Of a DNA stretch of 64,000 bases, positions 63,047-64,000 are shown piece after piece. The DNA lies in assembly GCA_963841735.1 (NCBI GenBank), contig CAWJDT010000001.1, positions 1-64,000 on the forward strand, given 5' to 3'. Position 1 is the first letter of the stretch. Each line of letters starts with the position of its first letter. The stretch comes from an uncultured Actinomycetes bacterium (GTDB lineage Bacteria > Actinomycetota > Thermoleophilia > RBG-16-64-13). The position numbers and the translations under genes were made by a program. The notes under the pieces were generated by a model. That model saw only the letters and a program-made list of their open reading frames with translations. It was not told the origin of the DNA and ran no database searches.

Positions 63047-63050
<4 letters not shown>
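62033..63050 (-). CDS. Sugar-phosphate nucleotidyltransferase (mannose-1-P guanylyltransferase-like), several frameshifts
   Basis: [33 protein letters not shown], hexapeptide tail across frames. Confidence 0.85.

Positions 63051-64000
<950 letters not shown>

Overview
GC-rich bacterial chromosome window. Gene order and content suggest an anaerobic actinobacterium such as Thermoleophilia (inference). Left: a PorA + HydABC/Bfu-type electron-bifurcating operon whose large subunit fuses NuoG-like, NfnB/GltD-like and PorB domains. This is followed by a methyltransferase, a deletion-collapsed type IIG/ISP-like R-M gene with a Phd-RelE TA, then arfB, sbcCD and guaB. Centre (~17.7-43.2 kb): a defence/TA island. 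One full-length type IIG/ISP-like R-M gene (38789-42292, minus strand) is followed by four further direct-repeat copies of its own 3' end (33420-33915, 31472-31932, 22621-22924 and a 24-bp stub at 20797-20820). Each copy is followed by different cargo: AbiJ/HEPN-like + RloC, HigBA, MqsRA-SecB, DUF4238, NYN, XRE/ImmA/PIN, DUF5131, two DnaQ-like exonucleases, DUF3800, AbiE, DUF4760, CopG-RelE and an ABC/sulfatase block. The island also contains several candidate structured ncRNAs: a NYN leader, a DUF3800 3' RNA in two copies, and two sRNAs that share a terminator hairpin. Right: core housekeeping block recO-deoC-...-ybeY-phoH-rsmE-ftsEX-prfB-secA-hpf-comF-mtnA. Several core genes carry single-base frameshifts, which points to assembly indel errors. 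No rRNA, tRNA, CRISPR array, integrase or transposase was recognised.
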